A stretch of DNA of 64,000 nucleotides from Candidatus Hydrogenedentota bacterium (GCA_963674865.2 CAXXYE010000008.1:480001-544000), one strand, 5' to 3'. Positions 29,570-40,548 are shown, counted from the stretch's first letter. The notes: generated from the letters alone by a model not told the origin. Program-made: numbers and translations.

Positions 29570-30190
29570 ATGAAACATATCGTCATGCGTTGGCTATTGG
29601 TATGTGTCCTGTCCTGCTTACTTCTCTCGTGTGCGGGTCTACGCGGCGGCGGCGACGCGCCCGCCGAGAGAACGGACGCCACAGTGCGGGAAACCGGCGA
29701 TTCCGAGCGCGAAGCCAGTCTCAAACGTGCCGTGCGAGACTACATCGAGAAGGTCGGCACGCGTGACGACAGTGGACAAGCGGCCGTGGTCAGGTACAAG
29801 CCGTACTTCTGCAAGGTGTACGAATGCTATCCGGAAGGCCCGGATGCTTTTGACTTCTCGCTGCGCGAGACGGAATCTCGGACGACGCCTATAGTGGCAA
29901 ATGTAACGGCGCGGAAGATCCGCTATGCGACGCGCCTGCACCATAAGCGGGAAGATGCCCGGCAGGACGACACTCTGATCCGAGAGTCGGGGATGGAGAC
30001 GATGACTTTCGAGTTGCGCCACAACCAATGGGTGCGCGTGGGCGGCCTGTTCGTCAGTGAGCGTAAGGAGCGCAGTGTCGAGGGTAGATGGATTCCCGTC
30101 GAAGAAGAGGCGGAGCAGGCATCGGGCGCCGAGGGGGCGGACGAGAAGGGGCGTCTGGGTCGCTTCTGGTCGCGGCTTTTCGGTGGCTAG
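29570..30190 (+). CDS. Hypothetical lipoprotein
   Basis: 206-aa ORF with signal peptide ending in LLLSC lipobox. Confidence 0.7.
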   Translation: MKHIVMRWLLVCVLSCLLLSCAGLRGGGDAPAERTDATVRETGDSEREASLKRAVRDYIEKVGTRDDSGQAAVVRYKPYFCKVYECYPEGPDAFDFSLRETESRTTPIVANVTARKIRYATRLHHKREDARQDDTLIRESGMETMTFELRHNQWVRVGGLFVSERKERSVEGRWIPVEEEAEQASGAEGADEKGRLGRFWSRLFGG

Positions 30191-30212
30191 TGCGCCCATG
30201 GGGGTAGGCCGG

Positions 30213-31558
30213 ATGGACCCGGATGACACCGGGGCGGTTGGGGCATACGGCGAGGATATCCCTCATCAGCAGGGCATTGGGTTCCGTGGTTCGGTGCGGG
30301 TCTTCGAGTACCTTGTACTCTGGGCGGCGCTCGTGTTTGTTCTGCTGGGAACCGATGCGAAGTCGCTTGGGGACACGGCTACAAGCCGGCTCGCCACGGT
30401 GTGGAGCCTGACGCGGCATCACACATTCTATATCGACCGCCCGGCCGGCGAGGCGCCGAACCCCTTCGAACAGCGCACGGTGGACAAGGCGATGGCCAAT
30501 GGCCGCCTCATCTCTACCAAGCCTCCCATTCTGCCGCTTCTCATGACTGGCGAGTACATCGTCATGAGGAAGCTGCTAGGATGGCAGCTCGAACGCCCTG
30601 ACGACGTGCAGCGCCTGGTGTGGGTGATGTCCGTCACTCTCGTCGGGGGCGCGTACCTCATCACATTGCTGTTCTTCCTGCGGACGCTGCGCTTTGTGGT
30701 CCAAGATCCGGCGATTCGCGTGTTGCTGGCCCTGTCTCTGGCGTTCTGCACCCAGCTCTGGGGCTATTCGACCACCATCAACAATCATGTGCCCGCCGCG
30801 GGGCGCTCATGGTGGCGCTCTATTTCGCCGTCGGCCTCGGAACGGGCAAGTTGGCCCCGGCGGCCTGGCGGTTCTTCCTCTTCGGACTGGCCGGGGGGCT
30901 GACTATCACGCTCGATATGCCGGCCGGTGTCTTTGTCTTCCTCGCTGGGGTGTTCTTGCTGCGGGCTCATCCGCGGGCGACACTGGGCTGGGGCGCTCTT
31001 GGGGCGGCGCTTCCCCTGGGCGTCCACGTGGCCGTCATGCTGGCCGTGACGGGCAGCCCCTTGCCGGTTCAAGTCCACAGGGATTGGTACCTCTACGAGT
31101 CTTCTTACTGGCGTCACCCGCGAGGTGTGGATGCCCTCAACGAGCCCAAACTTACGTATCTCTTCCACATGACCTTCGGGCGTGCAGGAATATTTGTGCT
31201 CTATCCGATTCTGCTGCTCGGGCCTGCGGCGGCTCTGCGGTCCCTTGTGCGCAGGCAGACGCCGTACCGGTGGGCCGTGCTCGCCGGAGCCGGCGGCTTC
31301 ATGCTGTTGACGGCGTACTATGTGCTTCGCACAAACAACTATGGCGGCGAGGCGTACGGATTCCGCTGGTATATCGCGGCGATGCCGGTCCTGCTGCTGA
31401 TGGGAGCGCCGCTTCTGGATTCCGTGCGCAGCCGGTGGAAGTGGATCTTCATCAGCCTGATGATCGGCGTGTCCCTTTACTCGGCTTGGGAATGTACGAT
31501 GACCCCGTGGCGGGCCAATCAGGCCTGGCCTTGCCGCTTTCTCGGCACGAATTATTGA
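30213..31558 (+). CDS. Polytopic membrane protein, probable GT-C-type glycosyltransferase; apparent -1 frameshift in G run at 30800-30803
   Basis: SRLATVWSL...TVDKA...STKPP...NNHVPA then (other frame) GALMVALYF...YGGEAYGFRW; adding one G fuses ORFs 30057-30902 and 30620-31558. Confidence 0.65.
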
Positions 31559-31600
31559 CTTCGCGCCCGTCGGTAACTGCATCGTTCCTACGTCCTCCTT

Positions 31601-31629
31601 TTGATGCTTTGGGGGCTTTCTCCTATAAT
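31601..31629 (+). promoter_or_regulatory. Putative sigma70 promoter for the TMTC-like gene
   Basis: TTGATG-17 nt-TATAAT. Confidence 0.55.
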
Positions 31630-31703
31630 CGCGTGTTCTGGAGTGTTTCCGCCGAGCCGTGTTGTGTTCTTAGTCCAAATAAGAGCAATTGGAGTGGAGT
31701 TAG

Positions 31704-34175
31704 GTGAGCGAGGATTTGCGACGCCCTGAAGAGGAGTTGCCCCGGGCCGAAGCGCCGGCGGCCGTACCGGGCCGCGCCCGTCCCGTTCTGGAGGGCCGTG
31801 AAGGAGTAGAGACGGCTCAGATATGGATTAGCGCGTTTCTGGTGGTCGTGGTCGGCGTCATCGCTTACGGAAACTCGCTCGGCGGGCCTTTCCACACTGA
31901 GGACTACCTCCGCATCGTCTACAACGAGCCGGTTCATCACCTGACGACGTTCCCTCAGGCGCTGGATGCACGGCTGCCGCGGCCCCTCACGATGCTCACA
32001 TTTGCCTTGAACTGGTGGCTGCTCCCCGGAAACGCGGCAGCCTTCCACGTCATCAACATGCTTCTGCACGTCGTGAATGGGGTGCTGCTCTACTTGCTGT
32101 GCCGCCGCCTTCTTGTTCCCCGCGCCAGTGAAGCGGCCGCGATGTTGGCGGGCTTGCTGTTCGCGGCCCACCCGTTGGCAACCGAGGCCGTCAACTACAT
32201 TATCTGCCGTTCGGCGCTGCTGGCCACCATGTTCATGCTTGCCGCCTTGCTGCTTTTTCTGCGGGCCACGGAAAAGGAGGATGGCGCCCAACCCGTTACC
32301 TTGGGCCTGTCCGTGTTCTGCTTCGCGCTGGCGTCGTGGAGCAAGGAAACGGCGGTGGTGTTTCCCGCCCTTGTGCTGGCCGTCGACTGGCTCCTGCGCG
32401 GCGGGAGGGGATTCGGCAGGCGGGTGGTACTCCATTGCCCTTACTGGGCGCTTCTGTCGGTTCTCATTGCCGTGCGCCTCGCTGCCGGTAGGGACGGCGT
32501 GCCCCGTTTGCCCAACCTGCCTCTTGCCGACATCGTGGCCACGCAGAGCGTCGCTTTCGCGAAGTACCTTCGCTTGACGCTGCTGCCCTTTGGATTGAGC
32601 GCGGATCATGCGCTGTCCGTGCAGCACGGCTTCATGAGCCCGGAATCTGTTGCCGCGCTGCTGCTTGTCCTGGGCGTGGGATGCCTTAGCGTTATCCTGC
32701 TGCTGCGCCGATCGCCGGCCGGCCTGGCCTTGTTCTGGTATCTGATTGTCCTGGCGCCGTCGTCCTTGTTCGCGCCGCCCGACGCGGTAATGGCCGAGCG
32801 CCGCGCCTATCTCGCCATTGCCGGCGGGGTCCTCCTGGTGCCGTGGCTAGTGGGCAAAATCAAGCCAAAGCCGCTCCGTGTGGCCATGGGAGTGGCCGCC
32901 GGTGTAGCCGTGCTCATCTGCACCGGCGCGACGTTCAGCCGGAATGCAACCTGGCAGAGCCGTGTCAGCCTTTGGGCGGACGCGGCCGACAAATCGCCCC
33001 GCTCCTCAAGGGCCTACGGAAACCTGGGCCGGGCGTTTATCAGGCGGGCGCGTCTTGTTGAATCCGATGCGGCCGAATACGCCGTTCTCGGGGAGCAGGA
33101 TAGCTCCGCGCAGAACGCGCGGGAGGCACAAGACTATCTGAATGCCGCCGAAGACTACTGCCGCAAGGCGGTTCGCCTGGATCCCGGCAACTTCCTGGCC
33201 CGTCTTGACCTGGGCACGGCGCTAAACCTCCTTGAGCGCTATCAGGAGGGAGAGGATGTGTTGCTGGACGCTTTATCCCGGGAGCCGTCCAGCGAGGCGT
33301 GTATGTCCCAACTTCTCTCGACCCTGTCGGCGGAGGCTGGTGTGGCAGATGCCCACGCCGACCAGGTGCGATTAGTGGATTACTACCGCCGGGCCGCCCA
33401 ACTCAAGCCACTATCCGAGGAGCAACTCGCTCGCTACGGCCTTTGTCTGATGTCGGTGGGCGACTTTCGGCGGGCGTCCTCGATCCTGGCGCAGGCCGTC
33501 GACGGCGACGAGTCTTCACCTCATCGGGCCGCGCTCGAGCAAGCGCGCCGGATGGCAAGCGACGTGGCGCGCGTGGAGGCTGAGGTGTGGCGCGGGCGGC
33601 GAGAGCATCCGGCCTCTTCCGCTGAACAGCGTGCAATGGCGCGCACCTACCTGATGGCGGGTCGGCACCTTCAGTGCGCCTACTTGCTGTGGCCGCTGCT
33701 TGAGAACGCGCCGAACGACCCGGAGCTCTGGGTGATGCTAGGTTACACGCGAGCGAAGATGGGAGCCATCGATGCCTTTCTTGCCCGCTGGCCCGCGCCG
33801 CTTGCGGCAAGCCAGGAGCCCAGGCTGCAGTTGGCCCAGGCATGCGCGCGCGGCGGGGCTTGGGATGCCGTCGAGAAGGTGTTGGCGGCCGGCGGCAGTG
33901 GGATGGGTTCCCCCATTACCTTAGGGGCGCTTGCCCTGGACGTGGGGGCGCTGGATCGTGCCGAGAGCTACCTGCGCGAAGCCGGCGCCGCCGACCCGGC
34001 GAATCCCGTGCCCTGGCTCTACCTCTGCGATGTGGCCGTCCAACGCGAAGACGCGGCGGCGGCGGGTGGATACCTCGATGAGGCTGAGGCCCGCAGCGTG
34101 GATCCTGCCGCCGTGTCGGAACTTCGGGCGCGGATCGCGGGACTCAATCCGGCCGGCGGCGGTAGGGCTCTGTGA
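31704..34175 (+). CDS. TMTC-like GT-C membrane glycosyltransferase with C-terminal TPR repeats
   Basis: Y.NSL.GPF..ED, RPL..LTFALN, FH.IN.LLH, LFAAHPL.TEAVNYI..RS, SKE, AERRAYL, RN..W....LW, then TPR-like helices. Confidence 0.8.
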   Translation: MSEDLRRPEEELPRAEAPAAVPGRARPVLEGREGVETAQIWISAFLVVVVGVIAYGNSLGGPFHTEDYLRIVYNEPVHHLTTFPQALDARLPRPLTMLTFALNWWLLPGNAAAFHVINMLLHVVNGVLLYLLCRRLLVPRASEAAAMLAGLLFAAHPLATEAVNYIICRSALLATMFMLAALLLFLRATEKEDGAQPVTLGLSVFCFALASWSKETAVVFPALVLAVDWLLRGGRGFGRRVVLHCPYWALLSVLIAVRLAAGRDGVPRLPNLPLADIVATQSVAFAKYLRLTLLPFGLSADHALSVQHGFMSPESVAALLLVLGVGCLSVILLLRRSPAGLALFWYLIVLAPSSLFAPPDAVMAERRAYLAIAGGVLLVPWLVGKIKPKPLRVAMGVAAGVAVLICTGATFSRNATWQSRVSLWADAADKSPRSSRAYGNLGRAFIRRARLVESDAAEYAVLGEQDSSAQNAREAQDYLNAAEDYCRKAVRLDPGNFLARLDLGTALNLLERYQEGEDVLLDALSREPSSEACMSQLLSTLSAEAGVADAHADQVRLVDYYRRAAQLKPLSEEQLARYGLCLMSVGDFRRASSILAQAVDGDESSPHRAALEQARRMASDVARVEAEVWRGRREHPASSAEQRAMARTYLMAGRHLQCAYLLWPLLENAPNDPELWVMLGYTRAKMGAIDAFLARWPAPLAASQEPRLQLAQACARGGAWDAVEKVLAAGGSGMGSPITLGALALDVGALDRAESYLREAGAADPANPVPWLYLCDVAVQREDAAAAGGYLDEAEARSVDPAAVSELRARIAGLNPAGGGRAL

Positions 34176-34301
34176 GCGGCGTGTGCCGCCCCCCGGCTGG
34201 CGTTCAAAGAGGGAGGCGATAGCGTCGGCTGGATATTTCTACTATCCTATGCGAATGTCCGTCCGGTATGATGCATAATCAAGGATAAGGGAGGCCATGG
34301 G

Positions 34302-34979
34302 ATGGACGAACTGCCGCAGGTATGCTTGAAATTCGCGCTGGCTGTCGTGCTGTCGGGGGTGCTTGGCCTGGAACGCGAGCGAAAGGGCCGTGCGGCGGGA
34401 TTGCGGACGCATGAGCTTGTTTGTCTCGGTGCGACGCTGTTGATGGTTGTGTCGGACATCCTTGCCCGGGAATGGGCTGAGGGTGGGGCGCCTGTGTGGC
34501 TGGACAGAGGCCGCATCGCGGCGGGGATCGTCACCGGCGTCGGCTTCCTGGGGGCCGGCACCATCATGCGCGTCGGGGCGGAGCAGCGCGGCTTGACGAC
34601 GGCGGCCATGATCTGGTTCGTCGCGGCCTTGGGTATTGCCATTGGCGCGGGCTTTTACGTGGTATCCATCATCGCGACGGGATTTGCGCTCGTGGTTGTC
34701 CTCCTGTTCGAAAGAATAGAGCGGGTTATTCCATCCCGGAAGCTCTTCAGCTTGGCGATCCGCGTGCCCAAGGGGCTTGAGGAGTTGCACGTCATCGAAC
34801 GCGCGATTCGGGACGAGGGCTATCAGGTGGCCGCTTCAAGGATAAAGATCTCGGGGGATGGCTCGAAGGTGGATCTCACCTTCGATCTGTATGCCACCTC
34901 GGACGATCGGATTGAACAACTTGCCAAGGTGCTTGCCCAACGCTTTACAACCGCCGAGCGGATTGTGTTTGAGCGGTAG
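34302..34979 (+). CDS. MgtC/SapB-family membrane protein
   Basis: GLERE...AAGLRTH, RIAAGIVTGVGFLGAGTI, GLTTAA.IW; ACT-like C-terminus. Confidence 0.93.
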   Translation: MDELPQVCLKFALAVVLSGVLGLERERKGRAAGLRTHELVCLGATLLMVVSDILAREWAEGGAPVWLDRGRIAAGIVTGVGFLGAGTIMRVGAEQRGLTTAAMIWFVAALGIAIGAGFYVVSIIATGFALVVVLLFERIERVIPSRKLFSLAIRVPKGLEELHVIERAIRDEGYQVAASRIKISGDGSKVDLTFDLYATSDDRIEQLAKVLAQRFTTAERIVFER

Positions 34980-35007
34980 CCGAAGCCATCCAGCCGAAGA
35001 GCGGGGA

Positions 35008-36157
35008 ATGTATATGATAGGATTTGCCGTCTTGCTTATGGCATCTCTTGGGAGCGCAGAGGATGCGGCTTCGATGTCGTGCTTTTCCAGGATGCGGAAG
35101 GCGCTGGAACTGTGCCGCGGCGATATCCCGGTCATGGCCCCCGTGGCCGATCAGGCGGCGGCGCGGCTTGCCGAGGGGGGAAACCTCTGGGCCGCCGGCC
35201 AGCCTTCAATGATCAGCGAACTCAGTGGCCGGGCCGGGGGATTCATGATGATCCGGGGACTGGGCGACCGCACGCCCGACGCCGGCGATGTCGTGTTGTT
35301 CACCCTTGAACAAGGCGCAGCCATTCCGCCGCCTGTCTTGGAATCCGGCGCGTTGGTAGTAGTCTTCGGCCCGAGCAAACACGAGGACTTGCCCTGTTTC
35401 GCCGGCCACGCGGAGGAGGCTGGCGTATCGCCGACGTTGGCTGCCGCGATTCCCGCATGGCTTTTCACGGGTGAGTTGGTGGCGGCCCCTGACGCGCCTC
35501 GGCAAGATGCCGGTGATGTATGAGAGCATCGGGACGTATTCCGGCATCCGCCGGATCACGAACTTTGAGAACGGCAAGATCGCCTGGCACAAGCGGCATA
35601 CCGTGCCGTCCGTGGCCGCGGGTGTCGTGGGCAACGCGTTTCTGGATGCGGTAGGCGCGATGTTGAAACGCGTCGAGGCCGAGGAGCGTGCGCAAATCGA
35701 CCTCGCGGGGGCGTGGATCCGGGAGGCGCGCGCCCACGGGAAACGCCTCTTCATGTACAGCATGGGGCATGTGTTTCCCGATGAGGTGGGCAAGACGGCA
35801 ATAGGGGCTATCTTCAAATCCGCCGTGTGGAACGCGGGCTTTCGCCAGTCCGAACTGCCCAACGATACATTCGCGCCGGGGGAAGTGGTAGTTCACATCG
35901 GTTATCAGCACCCGCCCACGAGGCTTTTCGAGCGAGCGCGGCCGGCGGGGGCCAAGGTGATCTATGTCTCGGTGCGTCCCCACCGCGATTTCGTCCATGA
36001 AGAGGGAACCATCTGGATCGACCCGATGTGGCCGTGGAGCGATGCGTGCGTGCCCATCGAAGGATACGAAGTGCCCCTTCTCGCGTCATCGGGGATTGTC
36101 AACGGCGCTATTGCCTGGGAGATCTACCGGCTTGGCGTGGAAGCATCCGGCGAGTAG
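35008..36157 (+). CDS. Hypothetical exported protein with SIS-like alpha/beta repeats; apparent +1 frameshift in C run at 35486-35489
   Basis: Signal-like N-terminus; AAARLAEGGNLWAAG and AWIREARAHGKRLFMYSMGH resemble SIS-domain starts; deleting one C gives ELVAALTRLGKMP. Confidence 0.55.
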
Positions 36158-36174
36158 CTGATAGCCGGCATGTC

Positions 36175-36674
36175 TCAAGCGGTGGTGCTCTTCCTCCAGA
36201 CGCGCACCCATCCTCCCAGCACCCAGACGTACGTAGCATTCGTATAGGATTCAGAGAAGGTGCCTTCGTAGTCGCGATAGTATCCACGGAACCAGAGCAG
36301 CCCTTTGCGGAAACGCCACGTCCAGAACGCAGCCGTCTCCCAGGCCCGTTGCTTCGTCCGACATGATGGCGTCATGTTTCAGTTTCGTCCTCGGTATGTT
36401 GTCTTCGCCGATGAAGGACCGCGTCGTACTGCGGCCTGAGCACCGACATCGCGACGGCGCGCTGCCTATGCGACAACGCGTCCCATGTGTCTTGGGAGAC
36501 GCACACGAATTGGAAGTGGGTGTCTTTCGGCAGGTGGACATTTTGCGGAAGCCAGTCCGTGACTGTGCGTACCATGGCGCGGTCGGCGAAAATGGCGTAC
36601 GTTGTGAACTCCGCTGCCACAATGAGCAGCACAATGGCGATCATTCCCCTTGGAGATGAACTTCTAGTAGCCAT
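36175..36674 (-). pseudogene. Small hypothetical membrane-anchored protein broken into three frames
   Basis: ORFs 36372-36674, 36251-36634 and 36175-36375 can be joined by two single-base shifts into one plausible protein. Confidence 0.35.
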
Positions 36675-36788
36675 GACGTGCTCTACCCCCCCAATTCGGC
36701 AGTCCTCACCAGGTTCTGTAGAGTATACAACACGCGAGGCGAATTGCCTATGCCCGGCACCGGGATGACGCGTTGTCCGCCCGCGGAG

Positions 36789-37444
36789 TCATCCCAGGAG
36801 CCCCAGCAGCTCTTCAGGCCGTTTGACAATCTCGATGGCCCCGTGTTTCCGCAGTTCCCCCTCCTCACGAAAGCCCCACAACGCGCCGACGGGGCATATG
36901 CCCGCGCGAGCCGCCGTCGTCATGTCGACGCCGCTGTCGCCCCAGATAGAGGAACGCCGAAAGCGGAACGTCCAGTCGCCGGGCGATCTCATGGCATCCC
37001 GCGGGATCGGGCTTCAGGGCCTTTCCTGCTCGTTGGCCCAGCACCGCGGCGAACGTCCCAGCCGGAGAGAAGTTCCTGAACGCACTGCTCGGCGAACTCC
37101 TGCGGCTTGTTCGTCAACACGGCCATCTTGACACGCCTTTCGGTGAGGGCGTCGAGCAGTTCCGGGATGCCCTCGTAGGGCCGCGTCTTTGCGTGCCAAT
37201 TGCGGGCGTATTCCTCGCGGAAGGCTTCGAGATATGCCGCGACCCGCGCATCCGCGCGCTCTTCCTCGGGCAGGGCGCGCCACATGAGCATGCGGGCGCC
37301 ATCGCCGACGAAATGGCGGTAGGCGTCCACGGGATGCACTGGAAAACCTTGAGCCCGTAGGACGCAATTCACGGCATCGGCGAGATCCTCGAGGGTGTCG
37401 AGCAATGTACCGTCCAGGTCGAAGATGACCGCCTCAAATCTCAT
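36789..37444 (-). CDS. HAD-family phosphatase (phosphoglycolate phosphatase-like); two apparent +1 frameshifts (37057-37059, 36940-36943)
   Basis: FDLDGTLLDT motif I, LTNKP, restored KPDP and YLGDSGVDM motifs after removing one base in each G run. Confidence 0.85.
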
Positions 37445-37486
37445 GTGTCTTTCTCTCACTCAGGGATGGTGGGGCGCCGCGCCGCC

Positions 37487-38359
37487 TCAGGGCTTGCGGG
37501 GCTTGATGCCGATCTGACGGGAGATCACGTTGTCTCGGAAGCGATCGGGCAGGAAACGCGCGGCGAAAATGGCCAGTTTGGCGTCTTTGCCGGCGGGATA
37601 GCGTGTCCGGGGCTTCCTGGCCGTGAGGGCATGGGCGACGGTGCGGGCGATGACCTCGGGTGGAACAGCCGACTTTACCGTTTTCCGCACATACTTGCTG
37701 ACGGCGGACACCATGGAGGCGTAGTGCTCTTGAAGCTCCTCGGGCGTGTCTTGATAGAACGCCTCGATGCTCTCCTCCGACTTGTCCCAGATGGGCGTCT
37801 GGACGGTGCCCGGCTCGATGAGCGCCACATGGATGCCCCATTGGCCCAACTCGACGCGCAAGGCGTCCGTGAGCGCTTCCAAAGCGTGTTTGGCGGCCGC
37901 GTAAGGCCCCACCATCGGGAGGGCCAAACGGCCGCTCAGGGAACCCATGTTGACGATCCGGCCCCGTGCCTTGCGAATAAGCGGAAGAAAGGCCTGGGTG
38001 ACGCCCGCCAAACCGAAGACGCTCACCTCGAACTGCTTCCGCAACTCCGCGATAGACACGCACTCGACGGGGCCGGCGACGGCGATGCCCGCGTTATTCA
38101 CCAGGCCGAACAGCCCCGCGTCGCCCAACGCGTCCGCAACGGCCGTGGCCGCGGCTGCGATGGCCTCCGGATCCGTGACATCGAACAAGAGGGGGCTTAT
38201 CCGCCCGCCCGATTCCCGGCTCAACGCATCCGCGTCCGCCTGTTTCCGAACGCTCCCGAAAACGCGGAATCCCAGCCCATCGAGGTGCAACGCGCAGGCC
38301 TTGCCGATGCCCGTCGATGCGCCCGTCACGACAACGGCCCTTTGTGGAGAAGTGCTCAT
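37487..38359 (-). CDS. Short-chain dehydrogenase/reductase
   Basis: VVTGASTGIG, LVNNAG, YAAAK, IEPG. Confidence 0.93.
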   Translation of the reverse strand: MSTSPQRAVVVTGASTGIGKACALHLDGLGFRVFGSVRKQADADALSRESGGRISPLLFDVTDPEAIAAAATAVADALGDAGLFGLVNNAGIAVAGPVECVSIAELRKQFEVSVFGLAGVTQAFLPLIRKARGRIVNMGSLSGRLALPMVGPYAAAKHALEALTDALRVELGQWGIHVALIEPGTVQTPIWDKSEESIEAFYQDTPEELQEHYASMVSAVSKYVRKTVKSAVPPEVIARTVAHALTARKPRTRYPAGKDAKLAIFAARFLPDRFRDNVISRQIGIKPRKP

Positions 38360-38481
38360 GCAGTGTTTAGCCTGACTTCCGAGAGAGATCATTTGGTTGA
38401 TTGACGCCTAGATAATACGTAACCGTGCGGTTAGACAGCAAGGGCGTGGGCAACGCATAATGGCCGCGGAGGGAGCGTTTT

Positions 38482-39282
38482 ATGGCGGACTTGAAGAGAT
38501 ATGGGGATTGGGCGTTGGTTACGGGGGCGTCGATGGGGCTGGGCAAGGCGTTTGCGCGAGAGGTCGCCTCGGCGGGGATGAACTGCGTGTTGGTGGGGCT
38601 CGAAGCCGAATTGCTTGAGGGGCTCGCGGGAGAACTCTCGTGGGAGTTCGGCGTTGAATGCCGCTGGTTGGAGCAGGATCTCACCGCCGAGGGATTCATG
38701 ACGCGTATCGAGGAAGCAACGGCGGATATTCCCATCGGACTCCTCATCAACAACGCGGGATTCGGCTGCGGCGGAGACTTCCACACGCGCGATCCGGAGA
38801 AGTTGGCCGGGGTGATCAAGTTGAGTTGCCTCGCGCCCGCCTTGCTGACGCGCGCCTTCCTTCCCGGGATGGTGGAACGCGGCCGGGGCGCGGTGGTGTT
38901 CGTCGCATCGCTGATGGGATTGATCTCGGCGCCCTACGAGGCGACGTATGCGGCAGCCAAGGCGTTTGATCTTCGCTTCGCGGAGGCGCTTTGGGGCGAG
39001 CTTCGGGGGACGGACGTCGACGTGGTCGCCGTGTGCCCCGCAGGCATGAAGACGGCTTTTTTTGAGAAGGACGGCCTGAAAGGGAAGGACCTCGACTTCC
39101 TGCTGCGCGTGTCGGATCCGCCGGAGCGCGTGGCGCGCCGGGCGTTGGCCAAGCTGGGCCGTAAACCGACCACGGCCATGGGCCCGGCATGGCTGGCGGG
39201 CTTCATGACGCGGTTCGCTCCGCGCAGGATGACGATACTGGTGACGCGTTTTGTGATGCGCTGCTTGACGCACTACGACTGA
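38482..39282 (+). CDS. Short-chain dehydrogenase/reductase
   Basis: WALVTGASMGLG, LINNAGFG, YAAAK. Confidence 0.93.
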   Translation: MADLKRYGDWALVTGASMGLGKAFAREVASAGMNCVLVGLEAELLEGLAGELSWEFGVECRWLEQDLTAEGFMTRIEEATADIPIGLLINNAGFGCGGDFHTRDPEKLAGVIKLSCLAPALLTRAFLPGMVERGRGAVVFVASLMGLISAPYEATYAAAKAFDLRFAEALWGELRGTDVDVVAVCPAGMKTAFFEKDGLKGKDLDFLLRVSDPPERVARRALAKLGRKPTTAMGPAWLAGFMTRFAPRRMTILVTRFVMRCLTHYD

Positions 39283-39294
39283 GGCGGCCGGCCG

Positions 39295-40548
39295 TCAGCG
39301 CAGGTTGTGTCCCGCGGGGAGGCCCTGGCGGGCGATGTCCTCGAGGATGTCCGCCGCGCGTTGCGGGCCGTTGCCGGTGCGCACTCCATCGCTGTATCGG
39401 CCACAGGCCTCGGCGTAGCGCGGGTCCTCGATGAGGGCATGAAGGGCGGTGACGAGCTTGTCGCCGCGGACTCGGCGCGGCTTGAACTGGAAGCCGAAGC
39501 CGCGCTTGACGATGAGGTCGGCGTTGATATTCTGCTCGAGGTGGCTCGGGAGAACGATCATGGGCACGCCGGCCTCGACGGCCTGGTACATGGTGCCGTT
39601 GCCCGCGTGGAAGATGATGGCCTTGCAGTGCTTCAGTAGCTGGCGGCCCGGGGCATAGGTGGCGAAGCGGAAGTTGGGCGGCGCCATGGCGATGGTTTCC
39701 GAGTCGGCCTGTCCGCCCGTCGTCACGATGAAGCGATAGGGGGTCTTGCCGAGGGCGGCGTAGGTTCTCCGCAGGAAGGTATCGAGGATGCCCGTGGTGC
39801 CCATCGAGATGTAAATGTTTGTCTGGCCGTCATCAAGCTCCGCGAGCCAGTCCGGCGGGCCGACGGGCGGCTCGGTGAGAACGGGGCCGACCATGTGCCA
39901 ATTATCCCAGCCGCGCGGCATGTCGTAGAATCCTTCCAGATCGGGGGAGAGCAGCGGGATGCTTTTCAGGAGCCGGATGGCGTTGACGGGCTCGACCCCG
40001 TACTTCTTGAAAACGCGGCGGCGGATGCGCGCGAGGTGGAGCGCGTCCCACGTGTAGATCATCGGCCCGAAGATGGAGGTTGGGGCGACAAACTCAGCGG
40101 CGTAGGCATTCATGATCCCGGCCGCGGGCACGCCCGTGATGTAGGCCGCCGTGCTTACGCTGATGGTGGCGTCGCCGATGACGAGGTCGGGCTTCTCCCG
40201 CTGGATGAGTTTGACGTGGCCCTCCAGGATCTCGCCGAGGGGCGCCCACTTGTTGTGCGTATACAAGTCCCAGGCCGTGGCCAGCCACCCGTACTTCTCG
40301 AACCGAGCCCACGCGTAGGCGTAGTTGGGCTCCTTGGCATACAGCAGGGGAAATCCTTGTTCTTGGGCCATGCGGATACGCGAGCGCGGGTTCTCTGGAT
40401 GCTCACCGCCGATGAATACCTCGTGGCCTCTCTCCCGCAGCACTTTCGCCACCTCGACGCACCGGCTCAGGTGTGATAGGAGGTAGCACAGAGGGAAGAA
40501 GATGAATTTCAGGCGGCGTTCCGCGGGCTTGGCAGAAGGAGGGCTCAA
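39295..40548 (-). CDS. GT-B glycosyltransferase, GT1/MGT-like
   Basis: SHLSR N-terminal His, IYISMGT, IFHAGNGT.YQA..AGVPM..LP..LEQ..NA nucleotide-sugar motif. Confidence 0.87.
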   Translation of the reverse strand: MSPPSAKPAERRLKFIFFPLCYLLSHLSRCVEVAKVLRERGHEVFIGGEHPENPRSRIRMAQEQGFPLLYAKEPNYAYAWARFEKYGWLATAWDLYTHNKWAPLGEILEGHVKLIQREKPDLVIGDATISVSTAAYITGVPAAGIMNAYAAEFVAPTSIFGPMIYTWDALHLARIRRRVFKKYGVEPVNAIRLLKSIPLLSPDLEGFYDMPRGWDNWHMVGPVLTEPPVGPPDWLAELDDGQTNIYISMGTTGILDTFLRRTYAALGKTPYRFIVTTGGQADSETIAMAPPNFRFATYAPGRQLLKHCKAIIFHAGNGTMYQAVEAGVPMIVLPSHLEQNINADLIVKRGFGFQFKPRRVRGDKLVTALHALIEDPRYAEACGRYSDGVRTGNGPQRAADILEDIARQGLPAGHNLR

